DNA of 64,000 nucleotides from Schizosaccharomyces osmophilus. Lineage: Eukaryota. A program made the translations under genes and the position numbers. The stretch covers positions 3,162,001-3,226,000 of the forward strand of contig NC_079238.1 in the NCBI RefSeq assembly GCF_027921745.1. The letters are read 5' to 3'. Positions 44,857 through 56,459 of this stretch are shown here, piece by piece. Under the pieces are notes generated by a model that worked only from the letters and a program-made list of their open reading frames with translations, had not been told where the DNA came from and searched no databases. Each line of letters starts with the position of its first letter. Positions within the stretch are counted from its first letter, which is position 1.

Positions 44857-46457
44857 GTAATATAAGTTTAAAGAAAAGTCAAATCCTAGTGGAAAGAAGT
44901 TGTCAAAAATGATTGTAAACTAATGGATCTCAAAAGTAAACTGGTCCAATAGAGGTAAAAATAGTAAAATATTAAAATGATCAGTGCAAGTGTCTTCCAC
45001 TATTAGTGCTAGTCAACAATATTATATGTGATTAAGTCAGTTAATCGAAAGCAAAGCAAACGAACGAAAAGAAAATCAGATCATACAATAATAAGTAATA
45101 TCCAATTTAACAAAGGGAACGGAATAAATATACCAAAAGAGCTTGAGCGTATTCAAGAAAAGTAACTTTACACCAAAGCAAAAATTATAAATCAACAAGA
45201 CCGTTTAGATACCCAAAAAAAAAGCACATAGAAAAGAAAGCTTATTTAAAATTGATTGCTTGTTGTTTTTATATAATTCTGTCCTTCTTTCGGGTCAAAT
45301 CGCAAAAATATCGGTCAAAAATTTAGTCTCCACTAGCCAAAAATAGAGAAATCAGAGTACGATCGTCCAAAAACAATCAAAAAGAAAGAAAGATGTTTAA
45401 AATCCAAGAAATTTCCGCTCAACCTACTAATGACTCATAAAGAAAAGCGTAACAGATACGGTTTAACTGGTTTTCCAAAAACCGATCGTTAAGGCCTCTT
45501 CTTTGTTGTCGTTTTTTGAAGTATTAAGTCAATAAAACGTATTAATTTATTCAATCCTTTCAAAATCAAGAATCATTCACAAAAAGCCAATTCCAATTAT
45601 CGTTGTTAGTGTTGTTGTGGTAAAGTTGTTTTCAGCACACAGTTAAGTCGGATATCACAGTATTCTTCAAGATAATATACGACAAAGAAACCATCATACA
45701 TCAATGAAAGAAATGAATACAATTTAATATCTTTACTTAAAAACCCATGAATTAATTTACCTTTTAATTATTAAAAAGCTGTCTTTTCATATTGTTGCTA
45801 ATTCCCAAGTATAAGGCCAAAAGCAACTCAAAGCTACTTTATACTGTGTATTAAAGAATTAATCCATAACCGACCTTTTATTTACACGTTGAGTACCAAA
45901 GCTCTACGAAATTACAAGAGCTTCAAGGTATCATTTGCGCTGTATTTTCCTCGTCGACCTACAACGAAATCAGTCAACATTCATGACAATGAAAAGAATT
46001 AAATAAAAAGAAGGCTAGGTAAAACACACTTTCAAGATGGTAAAGACAAGATATCGGCAGTTTATCCTTAGTTATAATCATAAGTGTATCACAAAAAGGC
46101 CTTTAACTCTTAGTTAGTCAAAGCCGAATACTCAAATTCTAGAAAAGAACTCGTCTTTTCTTTCTTTCAAGATAATTAAATAGATTAAAGGCAAGATATG
46201 CAATCCGAGATTTTTTTTTCAACGAAAAGCAAGGTTCTGAAAGAATGTCTAATGTCAAAATAAAAATAAAAAATCCAAATAAACATTGCATCTGGCAATG
46301 CAAAACGTTTCCAGTGAAAAATATTCATAATAGTAACTTTTAAATAACTGTTAAATTTTGAAGAGAGGAGGATAAGATATAGTTAGGTGGCCTTGCTAAG
46401 AAAGCGAAAAAAGGTGAAGTAAATACGTCCAAACTTTTGTTCGTCTGTTATTTTTTT

Positions 46458-47015
46458 TTAAGAATTTGCGTCCGGCGAAGGTACAGGAAGCTGATGGAAC
46501 ACGGATAGATTGATCTGTTTCAATACATTTTCAAATCCCAATTTGCCAATGGAAGCTTTCTGACTTATACGGTCTACAGACCATTGCTCAACGATGTTAG
46601 CCAAGCGCTTCATGCATGCAAGTGCCTCGATGCGTGCCTCTTGTCGAAACACAGTAGCATTTAACTCGTGATGGGGAGAGTATGTTACGGTTTCATGTAC
46701 ACGAAGACGATCACAAAAAGTCATATTCGAGGATAAAAGCGTTAATGTACGCGATTTCAAATCCATGTAGCTAACTTCTCGAATATAGCATTCTTGTGCA
46801 CCGTCGACTAATTTGAGAATCCATCGTGGAACACCTTGGCGGCAAGTAATCAATCGTTCAGTGTACAAAGTTTGGGAATCAGGAAGCACCTTTCGATCCA
46901 GGGTATCTACTGCGACCACATGAGTTGCATACTCGTTTGGATATTTTTGCCAATGGGCAGCAGAAACTTTTTCAAAAGGATAGTGGAACAAATGGCAATT
47001 TTCGAAAATCTTCAT
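46458..47015 (-). CDS. ups2: PRELI/MSF1 mitochondrial phospholipid transfer protein, Ups2-like, 185 aa
   Basis: MKIFENCHLFHYPFEKVSAAHWQKYPN...HVVAVDTLDR...TERLITC; ATG at 47015. Confidence 0.85.
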   Translation of the reverse strand: MKIFENCHLFHYPFEKVSAAHWQKYPNEYATHVVAVDTLDRKVLPDSQTLYTERLITCRQGVPRWILKLVDGAQECYIREVSYMDLKSRTLTLLSSNMTFCDRLRVHETVTYSPHHELNATVFRQEARIEALACMKRLANIVEQWSVDRISQKASIGKLGFENVLKQINLSVFHQLPVPSPDANS

Positions 47016-47694
47016 TGTAATAACGTTTTCCAATTACTTTTTATTATCAAACAAACAAAGCCAGTGAAAGAAGGGCGCCCAATTCTATAAAAATCTATTT
47101 TTCTTTTTTTTGCTTTTTTTTTTCAGCCTTTAAGGCAACAAATTCAACAAACTGTGTAAAGAATCCACTTTTTTGTCAATAAAAAGCAAATCCACCTCAC
47201 AATTTCTTGCTTTTCTTAAGAAATTGTTAAAAAAGAAAGAATTCGTTGATGGCAGTTTCCAACTGAGGAGCCCTTCTTCATCCAAGAAGGCGGATTGTAG
47301 CCCAATAATATTAAATACCCAACTATAAAAAAAGTATAAATGTTTAAACGAGACTTCGGTTGAAAATAACTTTTACGAGTATTATTATAACACTTTTCTT
47401 TCTTTCTTGAACGTTTACTTTGATAAATCGCATTAAAACAAAACGGTTGGATGAAATGTTGGAATTGTCAAAGTCACGAAAAGAAGTTTCAACAGCCGAA
47501 TTGTTCAAAAGATTGAACAAACTGGATTTTTAACATTAAATGTTTCACCTTACTAAGCTATATCCATAAGAACCGTTAATGGACAACTGAATTCTATGAG
47601 AATTCACAAAAAACAAAAGTATAAAATACAAACATTAGTATACATTATTACCAATTCAGTACGTAGGTATAAGTAATAAGCAGGATATTGAAGT

Positions 47695-49278
47695 TTACAA
47701 CAATCCTTGAGCTTTCAAATCGTTATAAACCTTCTCAGACATGACATTACCCTCGTCATCTTCCATCTCGTTTAAATTAGCCATGGATGTCTCCTGCTTG
47801 CGGCTTTCTGCCTTAATTTTTTGCCATACTAGAACTCAAGTTAGTATCCATATTCGGATTAAAAATAAAATATTACTTACGTTGCAAAGCTTCATCGATT
47901 GAGACAATTTGATTGAATAGGGGAGAAGGAGATATCCCCAGACATTTAAGGCCGTATATATGTCGCTGTTCTGTAAAGTGCTTATCAAAAGCCTTGCGGC
48001 CCATATAAACATAGTTACCACAAACCTCGCAAGGGAATTCTTTTCCAAGTCCGTGCAACTTCCATAACCAAAAAGGAATTGGCTTTCCATCCCAACCGAT
48101 GGGCAGCTTTAATGGATTGTATATTCTTGCTTCACCCTCTTCGTCGCTACTTTCGTCTTCACCTTTTTGAGAATCCCTTTGAATGGCAGAATCTTCAACA
48201 GCTTCACGCTCCGCGGCTTGAATTTCCGCAAGCCGCTCTGATGCTGTCAATGTTTGACGACGCACAACATTTTCTCGAGTAGCTTGATGTTCTTCTTTCA
48301 AGATACCAAGCAACTTTTTGATTATAAACTCCAAAGCGGCAATCTCTTGTGGGCGACCAGAAATTGACCCTAATACTAAAGCAGAAGAGGTCTCGTCGGG
48401 ATTGGATGACTTTCCAGCCTCTAAGCGTTCAGCTGCTTTTTTATGCTTTTTCGATGAAAGATGAGCGTCGTAAACAGACTTTTTTTGATAAAACTTCTCG
48501 CACGCTTCACAATACTGACCAGATGAAGAATTGGTAGTTTGATCACCTCCTGCGGCCTGGCCAGGAAGTCCAGCTTCCCGGGAAACATCAAACTCAGTTT
48601 GAAAAACTGAGACTATTCGATGGATATCTTTAAGAGGATGCGTCCTCTGAAAAAATGAAAGAAAGTATTCATAAAGATGGCGCAAGTACGATACATAGGA
48701 ATGATTTTTTTCAGATTTGGGAACTAAGTTGAAATCATTTAACTTGGAAAGATACTCCAAGTAAGAAATCGGTTGAACTCCTTTCAAATTGACAAACTCG
48801 TCATACAACTCATTTAAATCCATAAATCGTCCATACATTTCCTCACCACGGAACAAGGCGTCAATCTCGTCGGTGCCACTCTCTGATGGTTTGATCGCAT
48901 ACATCTGCTCAAAGTTTTCTACTCCATGATCTGGATATCGACGATGAAAATCACGGATCTCATCCAACTCATTATAAAATCCGTCTAAACCTTCGTCGCG
49001 AGAAATGCGAGCTATTTCCTGTTGACGCAACCTTTCTAAGTGTTAGCAAATCTTCTTAGCATGGTCAGAACGACTTACTCATTTCCAGTTTCATAGACTT
49101 TCAATAGTCTTTCACTTGTATCGCGTATTTGCTTTATATACTGCGAGCTCTGGTGCTCCAACCTCAATCGTTCTCGAATTGCTTTAGGATTCGCGACTTG
49201 ACGATCTACAATCGCTTGACTCAATCGTTCTAGTTCTTCTTGTGCATACCGTTGAATCTCTAATACACTTTCTGACAT
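47695..49278 (-). CDS. sap61: U2 snRNP SF3a subunit Sap61 (Prp9/SF3A3), 494 aa, 3 exons
   Basis: FRGEEMYGRFMDL, YNPLKLPIGWDGKPIPFWLWKLHGL, matrin-type zinc finger, C-terminal EMEDDEGNVMSEKVYNDLKAQGLL; introns 49032-49078 and 47829-47880. Confidence 0.95.
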
Positions 49279-49721
49279 TGAGCGTGTCAATGGATTTTCT
49301 CTTACTGATTATGGTAAAAAGCACAAGTCTTTTCTAGCACCCGCAGGTCTCAGGAAATACAGAACTCCTCAGATATCGTTAAAACAGAACTAGGTTATCA
49401 TCTCAGCGATATTCTTATATGATATATCGTATAGTGCATGGACCCTAATAAAATGGTTTATGTGTATCAGTATAGGGTGTAAGTGTTATTCTTGATTGAC
49501 TATTCTTTTTGTTTCGAGATTTTCTATTTGGAATTGTTTTAGCCTTATACAAGTCCATGGGTTGTTAGCAGCTTTTGTTAACACAGTAAGGAACTACGTT
49601 ACTTATAATACTCCGTTGCTAAACAGCATCTAAAAGTAGAGAAGGAATGAAAGCCTAAAAATACACATTGGTTACATTTTAGGACGCAAATTGTTAAATA
49701 TTTAATTAATTTCATTTTAGT

Positions 49722-50399
49722 ATGGCTGAAAATGCTGGAACAAATGACTTGGTAGACGCGTTTTTATCCAATACTTACCTAAACACTGAAGAACTTCGAG
49801 CAGAAGACGAGTTTACGCCTGATGAATTTTTAGTCTCAAAAAGATTTCTTGGACTTGACGGTCTTATTACAGAGTTAAGCCGGGTTTTTGAAAATGCCAA
49901 TAAGGAATTAATGAATTTGGTAAAGGATAATTATCAGGATTTCGTACGTTTGGGATCAAGAATGAACGTGGGCAATCAAAAAGTTGATGTCTTATTGTCT
50001 GCAATACAACGTTCCGAAGAACAAATCAAGGTATTATCACGAAACTTAAAACCATTCTCACAGTTCGACTAATCTTGTCATTACAGAATTCCCAAACCTC
50101 TGTTCAAAATTATGAGCAAATTTTGAGAGAATTAACCGATAGAAGAAAAAGCGTTGAAAACGAAAAGGTATATTTCCTGATTTTTATTTCATTCTGCAAC
50201 ATTCTAATCTATACAGCAAATTGCAAGCGACTTACTCTTGCTTCAAAGAAACCTTGACTTTCTAAAAATGTTCCCCCAAAACCATCCTTTATGGTTTGAT
50301 AGTCTAAACACCGTTCAAGCGTTGTCTGAAGCGTACAAAAATCATCCGTGGGTGAAGACACTCCAATCAGAAATACACAGCCTTCCGAAGAGTTCATAA
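49722..50399 (+). CDS. cog2: COG complex subunit Cog2, about 190 aa, 3 exons
   Basis: FTPDEFL...LMNLVKDNYQDFVRLG COG2 N-terminal signature; introns 50031-50086 and 50168-50216; 3' end less certain. Confidence 0.78.
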
Positions 50400-50560
50400 A
50401 CTTTTATATAATCGTCCTAGTCTTGCTACTAATTATTTTGTTTCCTTATTCCTCACTCGTTTCTTGTAGCCTTGGTATTCTTCTTCTATATGTACAAATA
50501 TTATTCAAAAAACCAAAATCCTATCTACCTCCTAACCTAGATGTCAAATAAAAGTCGCTT

Positions 50561-53500
50561 TTAAATTAATATTCCCAACTTTTCGAAATGTTTAATTTCC
50601 GGAATTTCTGGAACAATTGGCTGCTCCCCAATAGCTGTTTCAAATGTGTTCATCGGAACAGAAAGAATTGGTACAACATTTTCACGGAGTATAGTAATTA
50701 CATTTGAAAAACCGCGTTGAAGCTCTGAAGCTTGAGTGTACATACCACAACGCATCAAAGCCTCTAGTAATCTATACGTCTCAGCTCTCATAGATTCCAC
50801 CCGACTTATTAATCGCTTTAATGAGTTCACTAAATATTCTTCCTCAAAAACCGTTCCCTTCTTTCCTCTAGCCCGCTTCTTTTCTAAACGGCGGTTATTC
50901 TTTGCAGTGTTCCTTGTCATTTTTGTTGATGCAGTAGATTGAGTATATCTTGTATAAAGGGATCTATTTGTGGACACACTTGTGGAAGCTAAAGATAAAT
51001 CATCAGGTGTTTGATCTTCTAGATTTCCTTCTGCCCAACCCGTTGGATCTTCCTTCTTTTTGGCACGCAAAACCAAAATCCGTTCCGTTTGGGCTTTAAT
51101 TTGGCTATTAAAATCAGCAACCATTTCACTTGCTTCGCCGAAGGACTCTCCAATTGCAGGAAGTAAAACATCTTTAAATATAGATGGGTCAGCTTCCTTT
51201 GTTCTCGCCAAACGAATAGCTTCGCTATATTGGGTTCCCTTGCACATATTGTTAATAGCTTCTTTCAAGTTAGAAAGATATAAAACGTAAATATAAGCGG
51301 CATCGACGTAATCTCTTTTCTCCAAGCAAAGATTAGCAAGATCATCAGCAATTTCTTCAACCTTATTATCGGAAATAGAAGAAAATTGCAAAATGGACAT
51401 ACATTCTCTCCACATTCCAGCACTTTTGTAAGCTTCAATTGCTTCGGTGATCATGCCAACCGACTCAAAAGCTATAGCGGCTTCATTTGCTTTTCCATTT
51501 TCTCGAAGATAATTTGCATACATAATCAATATGGATTGCTGCTTTTGCTTATCATACTTGTATAATTCCAAAGCAGTCCTGTATAATTGATGTTTAATAA
51601 CATAATCCTTCAGCTCCTCAAAGGCCCCTTCTATTTCTTTCAAATGAGTCAAACCGTGCTCGTATCTTTTCAAATAACAGTCGATGTTGAATTTGCGTCT
51701 TGTCATATCCTGCATCTGAAAGTTTTGTAAGAAGGGTACATACTCGCGAGGATCTTTTTGTGATTGTTGGGCGATCAAGAGCGCCAGCTTTAAGTCGTAT
51801 AATCCTAAAGCATGGTCGAACAACATATTAACATCCACCAAGAAACACATATGTTCGATGACACTATCAACAGAGGATGACTTTGACTCTATTAAACCTG
51901 AAATCATGTTCAATGCCTCGGTAATCTTAGGAGGTATCTCGCAAAGGTAAGAGGTAATTATAGACTGAAAAAACTTATCATCCTTTTTCGAAATTAAGAT
52001 GTCACGTACAGCCTTGCAAATGGTGTTGACCTTGTTTTCATATGTAGTCTGGTTTTCAGATAACTGATACTTCGAGGTATCCATGTACATGCTTTGAGTA
52101 ACATCTTCTGGTTTTAAAGAAGCGAAAAAGAGATCCAAATAATCAACCCTACCTAATTGATCAACAAACGAGGATACATTCAAGAAAAACTTTTCTGGAT
52201 CATAATCAAATAACATATTTAGATCCAAACGATGAGTGCGGCATACCTTGAAAGCTGAACTATAATCGGAGACATCAATCAGCTTTCGTGCACCATTCAA
52301 AACCATAATACGTGGAAAAATCGTTTCAAGATTACCTCTTGGCATCTGTAAAACAACTGCCATTTTTGAAGGCATCATGGTTACTATCTTAGCACCTCTT
52401 TCTACTGCACGGCAACGCTCGTCGTGTCTTTCAACGCCTTCATCTTCAACAACCTTCATATCATCAACGAATGGTTGCAAATGAACGAATTTTAAGATAT
52501 GCTTATTCGTAGTAAAGGCGAGGAAACGATCAGTACAATAGAAAGAAAGCACACCACTACTTAATAACCTTTGCTCAACATATAATCTACCAGATGATGT
52601 TAAACCTACAGGTAAAACCGAGTCATCAATTAGGACGGTAGTAAACCAGGCACAAGCTTTGGGAAAATTACAATGAAACTTCTCAACTTTGAATTCATTG
52701 ATATCAAACGAAAAAATTTCACCATTATCAGACTGTAGAAACAGTTTAGCGAGAGTTTCAATGTAAGAAACGTTTACAAAATTCTTTCCGACGTCCGTTA
52801 CGTTCAGTAATGTAGCTAAATTCAATCCATCTTTGACATCGGGACACTGAAACAAAAACAATCTAGTATTGTTATTTCTGTCGTCTGCTAGAATGATAAA
52901 TTTCGAGTCGTCCAAACCAAGAAGCCGTTTAACGTTAAGCTCGTTCGTATATTCGGAAGTATCATATGCATTTAAAAACGTAGGTTTACGTTTTGGTTCA
53001 TACAAATAAACATGCACTTTATAATTATCGGACAAGTAAATTAAACTAGAAGATGGATTAAGAGAGACAAGCTCTGTTTTAAAAGGAAGCGACAGAGTAC
53101 ACAAAGATAAAGGTGGTGGAATATTCGCAAAATAAAGCGGAGTAACGAGAAGAGATGAACCATCAATAACTGGAGTTAAGCCATAATCGGTTGGTGCTGC
53201 ACTTTTACACGTTGGGAAAGCGAATTCAAGATCAATCCTCTCAACATGAGAGTCAGTAGTCACAAAAAGAGACTGAGATCGTTCAGGATGCCAACAAAAT
53301 GAAGCATTGCTTGCGATTGGAATTGTCTTCTTTAAATACCAGTGGTAGTTGCCAGTCGTCCATAAAGCGATAGATTGAGGAGTTGATATGGCAAGGATAG
53401 AAGAGGCGTTGTTCCAAGCTAACCCAGTAAATTGCTCGTTTTTAGGGCACCCCAAAGAGAATTCTCCATGTCTTAAACCATTTCTTTCAAAGAAAATAAC

Positions 53501-54343
53501 TTTGCTTTCATTTCCATCTTCAAAAGAAGATTGAACGGATGCTAAAACAGAGCCCGAAGGTTTCCACGAAAGGAAACTTTGGTGTCCGTCTTGGGGTTCA
53601 CTAATACTGTCAAGGACACCTTCACGTGAATAAACACGAATGGCTCGGCGTGATCCGGCTTCAATACGGTTAATAGCAACATACGCACCGTCACCACGCC
53701 AACACATATTTACTTTGCCATCGTCAACCTCCGAAAGTTTACCTTCATCGATGTGTTCAGGCAAAGTGGGATCACGAAGTTTTTCACGGACACGTTTGCC
53801 ACGAAATTGTGTTTCTGACCGACCCCAACCGACACTAATATGCTTGTTAAATTCGCTTAAATCATTCTCGGACAAATTTGTTTCAGCAATCACATCAAAT
53901 CGTTTGGTCATAAGCAAAACTGTGTTTCCACCAGTTAAAATACTAAGGACCTGTTCATCTGGAGACCAGCAAGAAGCAACAATGCCATTCTCTACATTTC
54001 CAATTACTTCTACAACTGGTTCTCCGGGAGATGGTTCTGTTTTAATCATTATGATATCTCCACCTTTCATGGATATGCAAATTGACATGGAATCACCTAG
54101 AAATTGCATATTGCATACTTGATCCCATGAGCCATCTTCTTTTAGATAGGCAGGATCATCATGTTCAGTAAGATATTCCACAACATTATTTTCATGTACC
54201 GAATACACTGTAATTCCAGGATTATTATCGTTCAATCCACAAGCTGCATAGATAGTATCATTGACAGTATCGAAAGCTATGCTCTGAATAGCACTTGAAA
54301 TTTCAGGATATACATGATGAGACTGAATTATCAAGTTTCTCAT
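50561..54343 (-). CDS. elp1: Elongator subunit Elp1 (Iki3), 1260 aa
   Basis: VGWGRSETQFRG, WRGDG, FFERNGLRHGEF, LQMPRGNLETI, AQQSQKDPREYVPFL, RARGKKGTVFEEEYL. Confidence 0.97.
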   Translation of the reverse strand: MRNLIIQSHHVYPEISSAIQSIAFDTVNDTIYAACGLNDNNPGITVYSVHENNVVEYLTEHDDPAYLKEDGSWDQVCNMQFLGDSMSICISMKGGDIIMIKTEPSPGEPVVEVIGNVENGIVASCWSPDEQVLSILTGGNTVLLMTKRFDVIAETNLSENDLSEFNKHISVGWGRSETQFRGKRVREKLRDPTLPEHIDEGKLSEVDDGKVNMCWRGDGAYVAINRIEAGSRRAIRVYSREGVLDSISEPQDGHQSFLSWKPSGSVLASVQSSFEDGNESKVIFFERNGLRHGEFSLGCPKNEQFTGLAWNNASSILAISTPQSIALWTTGNYHWYLKKTIPIASNASFCWHPERSQSLFVTTDSHVERIDLEFAFPTCKSAAPTDYGLTPVIDGSSLLVTPLYFANIPPPLSLCTLSLPFKTELVSLNPSSSLIYLSDNYKVHVYLYEPKRKPTFLNAYDTSEYTNELNVKRLLGLDDSKFIILADDRNNNTRLFLFQCPDVKDGLNLATLLNVTDVGKNFVNVSYIETLAKLFLQSDNGEIFSFDINEFKVEKFHCNFPKACAWFTTVLIDDSVLPVGLTSSGRLYVEQRLLSSGVLSFYCTDRFLAFTTNKHILKFVHLQPFVDDMKVVEDEGVERHDERCRAVERGAKIVTMMPSKMAVVLQMPRGNLETIFPRIMVLNGARKLIDVSDYSSAFKVCRTHRLDLNMLFDYDPEKFFLNVSSFVDQLGRVDYLDLFFASLKPEDVTQSMYMDTSKYQLSENQTTYENKVNTICKAVRDILISKKDDKFFQSIITSYLCEIPPKITEALNMISGLIESKSSSVDSVIEHMCFLVDVNMLFDHALGLYDLKLALLIAQQSQKDPREYVPFLQNFQMQDMTRRKFNIDCYLKRYEHGLTHLKEIEGAFEELKDYVIKHQLYRTALELYKYDKQKQQSILIMYANYLRENGKANEAAIAFESVGMITEAIEAYKSAGMWRECMSILQFSSISDNKVEEIADDLANLCLEKRDYVDAAYIYVLYLSNLKEAINNMCKGTQYSEAIRLARTKEADPSIFKDVLLPAIGESFGEASEMVADFNSQIKAQTERILVLRAKKKEDPTGWAEGNLEDQTPDDLSLASTSVSTNRSLYTRYTQSTASTKMTRNTAKNNRRLEKKRARGKKGTVFEEEYLVNSLKRLISRVESMRAETYRLLEALMRCGMYTQASELQRGFSNVITILRENVVPILSVPMNTFETAIGEQPIVPEIPEIKHFEKLGILI

Positions 54344-54650
54344 GATAATAGTATCTAGAGAAAATTCTAATTCTCTAGTTTTAAGTTATTTATATTTTGA
54401 TGATTAGTTGAGAAGCGAAAAGTAAATGAATAATGTGGTGGTGGTAGAGGTAAAAGTCCTTTCCCCTTTCAAATTTACACCTGCCTATGCAACAAAGTAG
54501 CTAGTCGATGGCAAAAGCAAAGAGAATATAGTAAATTTTCTTTCGAATAGATTGTTTTATTTATATAAATTTTACTCGCTGTTCAACTAACTATAGAATT
54601 TGTTTGAGAGTTGATATATCATTACCTAAATTAAACTCACTTTTTTGATC

Positions 54651-54716
54651 AAACGCGAAACCGAAACATTTACGTTCAGTTTTCAGTTAACTGAATGAAA
54701 ACCAGGGACAACGCGT
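54651..54716. promoter_or_regulatory. MCB-like elements (ACGCGA at 54653, ACGCGT at 54711) in the elp1-spo9 divergent promoter
   Basis: Motif matches within 100 bp of the spo9 ATG; function inferred only. Confidence 0.3.
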
Positions 54717-54748
54717 GAAAAATTCAAATATTTGTTTGTTTGAAAGTC

Positions 54749-55969
54749 ATGAAGCATGATGAGCCGCAAGATACACTAAAGGAGAACAGTGAAAAGGCTG
54801 ACATAAAGCAGAAACTTAGGCTGTTTTTCCCCGTAGTCTTAGAGGGTTTAGAGCAAATATTGGATGAACTGAAGTGTCTACAGTCTATTAAAGAAAACTT
54901 GATATTGGTAAGTCAATTTACAAAGACTGTATCATCTCTAACATCTTTAGTCGTTGCAAAGGAATACCCTTGGTGGTAAAAATAATCGTGGCCTATGCGT
55001 TGTTGAATCTTTAAAAAGTCTACTAAATCGGGACTTGAGAGAAAACGAGTTTAGAGAGGCAGCCATATTGGGATGGCTAATTGAGATTGTAAGTAATATC
55101 AATGTTCAAAGCCATATTCTTCGCTAACAGTATTGAAGTTACAAGGATGCTTTCTTATGGCCGATGATATAATGGATAACTCAACTAAACGTCGAGGACT
55201 TGACTGTTGGTACCGAGAGGTAGGCATTGGCCGAGCCTTTAATGACTCTCAATTACTGGAAGCTTGCATACCTTTATTGCTTCGGAAGTTTTTCAAAAGT
55301 CATCCACTTTATTTAGATCTGCTGGAACTTTTTCGAGAGGTAAGCTTACGCATTTATTTTATTACCTATATTAATTTAAAACGATTTCAGGTAACCTTTT
55401 TAACTGAACTTGGAGAGCAAAAAGATTTATTATCTTCGGCTGAAGCCCAGCGCGTTTTCTCATTCGACCTTAAAAATTATGATTTCATTGTAACGTATAA
55501 AACAGCATTTTATTCCTTCTATCTGCCCGTGAAGTGTGCTTTATTGCTGTCTGGTAATTTTAATGAACGCGCGGATGCAACAACCAAAAGGCTATCAAAG
55601 CTCCTTGGGTATTACTTTCAAGCCCAGGATGATTACTTAGACTGCTTTGGCAATTATGCATCCCTAGGCAAAGTTGGGATGGACATTGAAGATAATAAAT
55701 GTACGTGGTTGGTTTGCCAAGCTAAGATGGCAGCTAGTGCTGAACAATTGATGTTTTTGGAGAAGCATTATGGAGGACGAAATCAAGACAGCGTGTTCAA
55801 AGTTAAACAGTTATACCGAGAGCTTGGTATTCCAAATATGTACCAAAACTTTGTAGAAGCCACGGTTGAGAAAATCATGACCGAAATCAACGATATTGAC
55901 GAAGATACTGGCATTAAGAAAATTATTTTCTACAAGTTTTTCAAATTAATTCATAAACGATCTCGGTGA
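54749..55969 (+). CDS. spo9: Farnesyl/geranylgeranyl diphosphate synthase family protein Spo9, 358 aa, 4 exons
   Basis: GGKNNRG, FARM CFLMADDIMD..RRG, KTAFYSFYLP, SARM FQAQDDYLD; introns 54908-54950, 55089-55138 and 55340-55390; syntenic with clr6. Confidence 0.88.
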
Positions 55970-56459
55970 TTTTCCTTTTATTTTATTGTTATGGCATTTG
56001 TTCTTGTTTATACCTCAATTTGCAATGATATTTATATTTACTAGTATGGTATTTTAATGAAAAATGAAAGTTTTGAAGATTATAATCATAATTAAAGTCA
56101 GCTTGTTAGCTCAAATCAAAATGGTATGAAAAGGAAGAAAGGAAACGATAATCAACTTGTCTCATACTATTTGTACCAAAAGCATAATGCCGCAATTTTA
56201 TTCTGTTTCTGCTGTATCTTATTCTTTCAAAAATAATAGTGTTGTACTTGTTGCTTGTAAACAAACGTTTGAGCATTCGTTTAATAGAATAGCTTAAATA
56301 GGCGACAAACCTGGTGAATTGCAACGCGTTTAGGTACAGCAATATTTCACCACAAACAATTTGTTAAGGAGTTTTTGACTTGAGGTGCAAATCGAAAGAA
56401 GAAAACAGTCATTCTTTTCTCTTTTGTAAAAAAAAATATACTTATAAAAGGAATCACCT

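Noticed and set aside
53640..54122. 160-aa ORF antisense to elp1 and similar nested ORFs in rad3, pwp2 and ubp15
   Set aside because: Nested in conserved long CDSs; no motifs.
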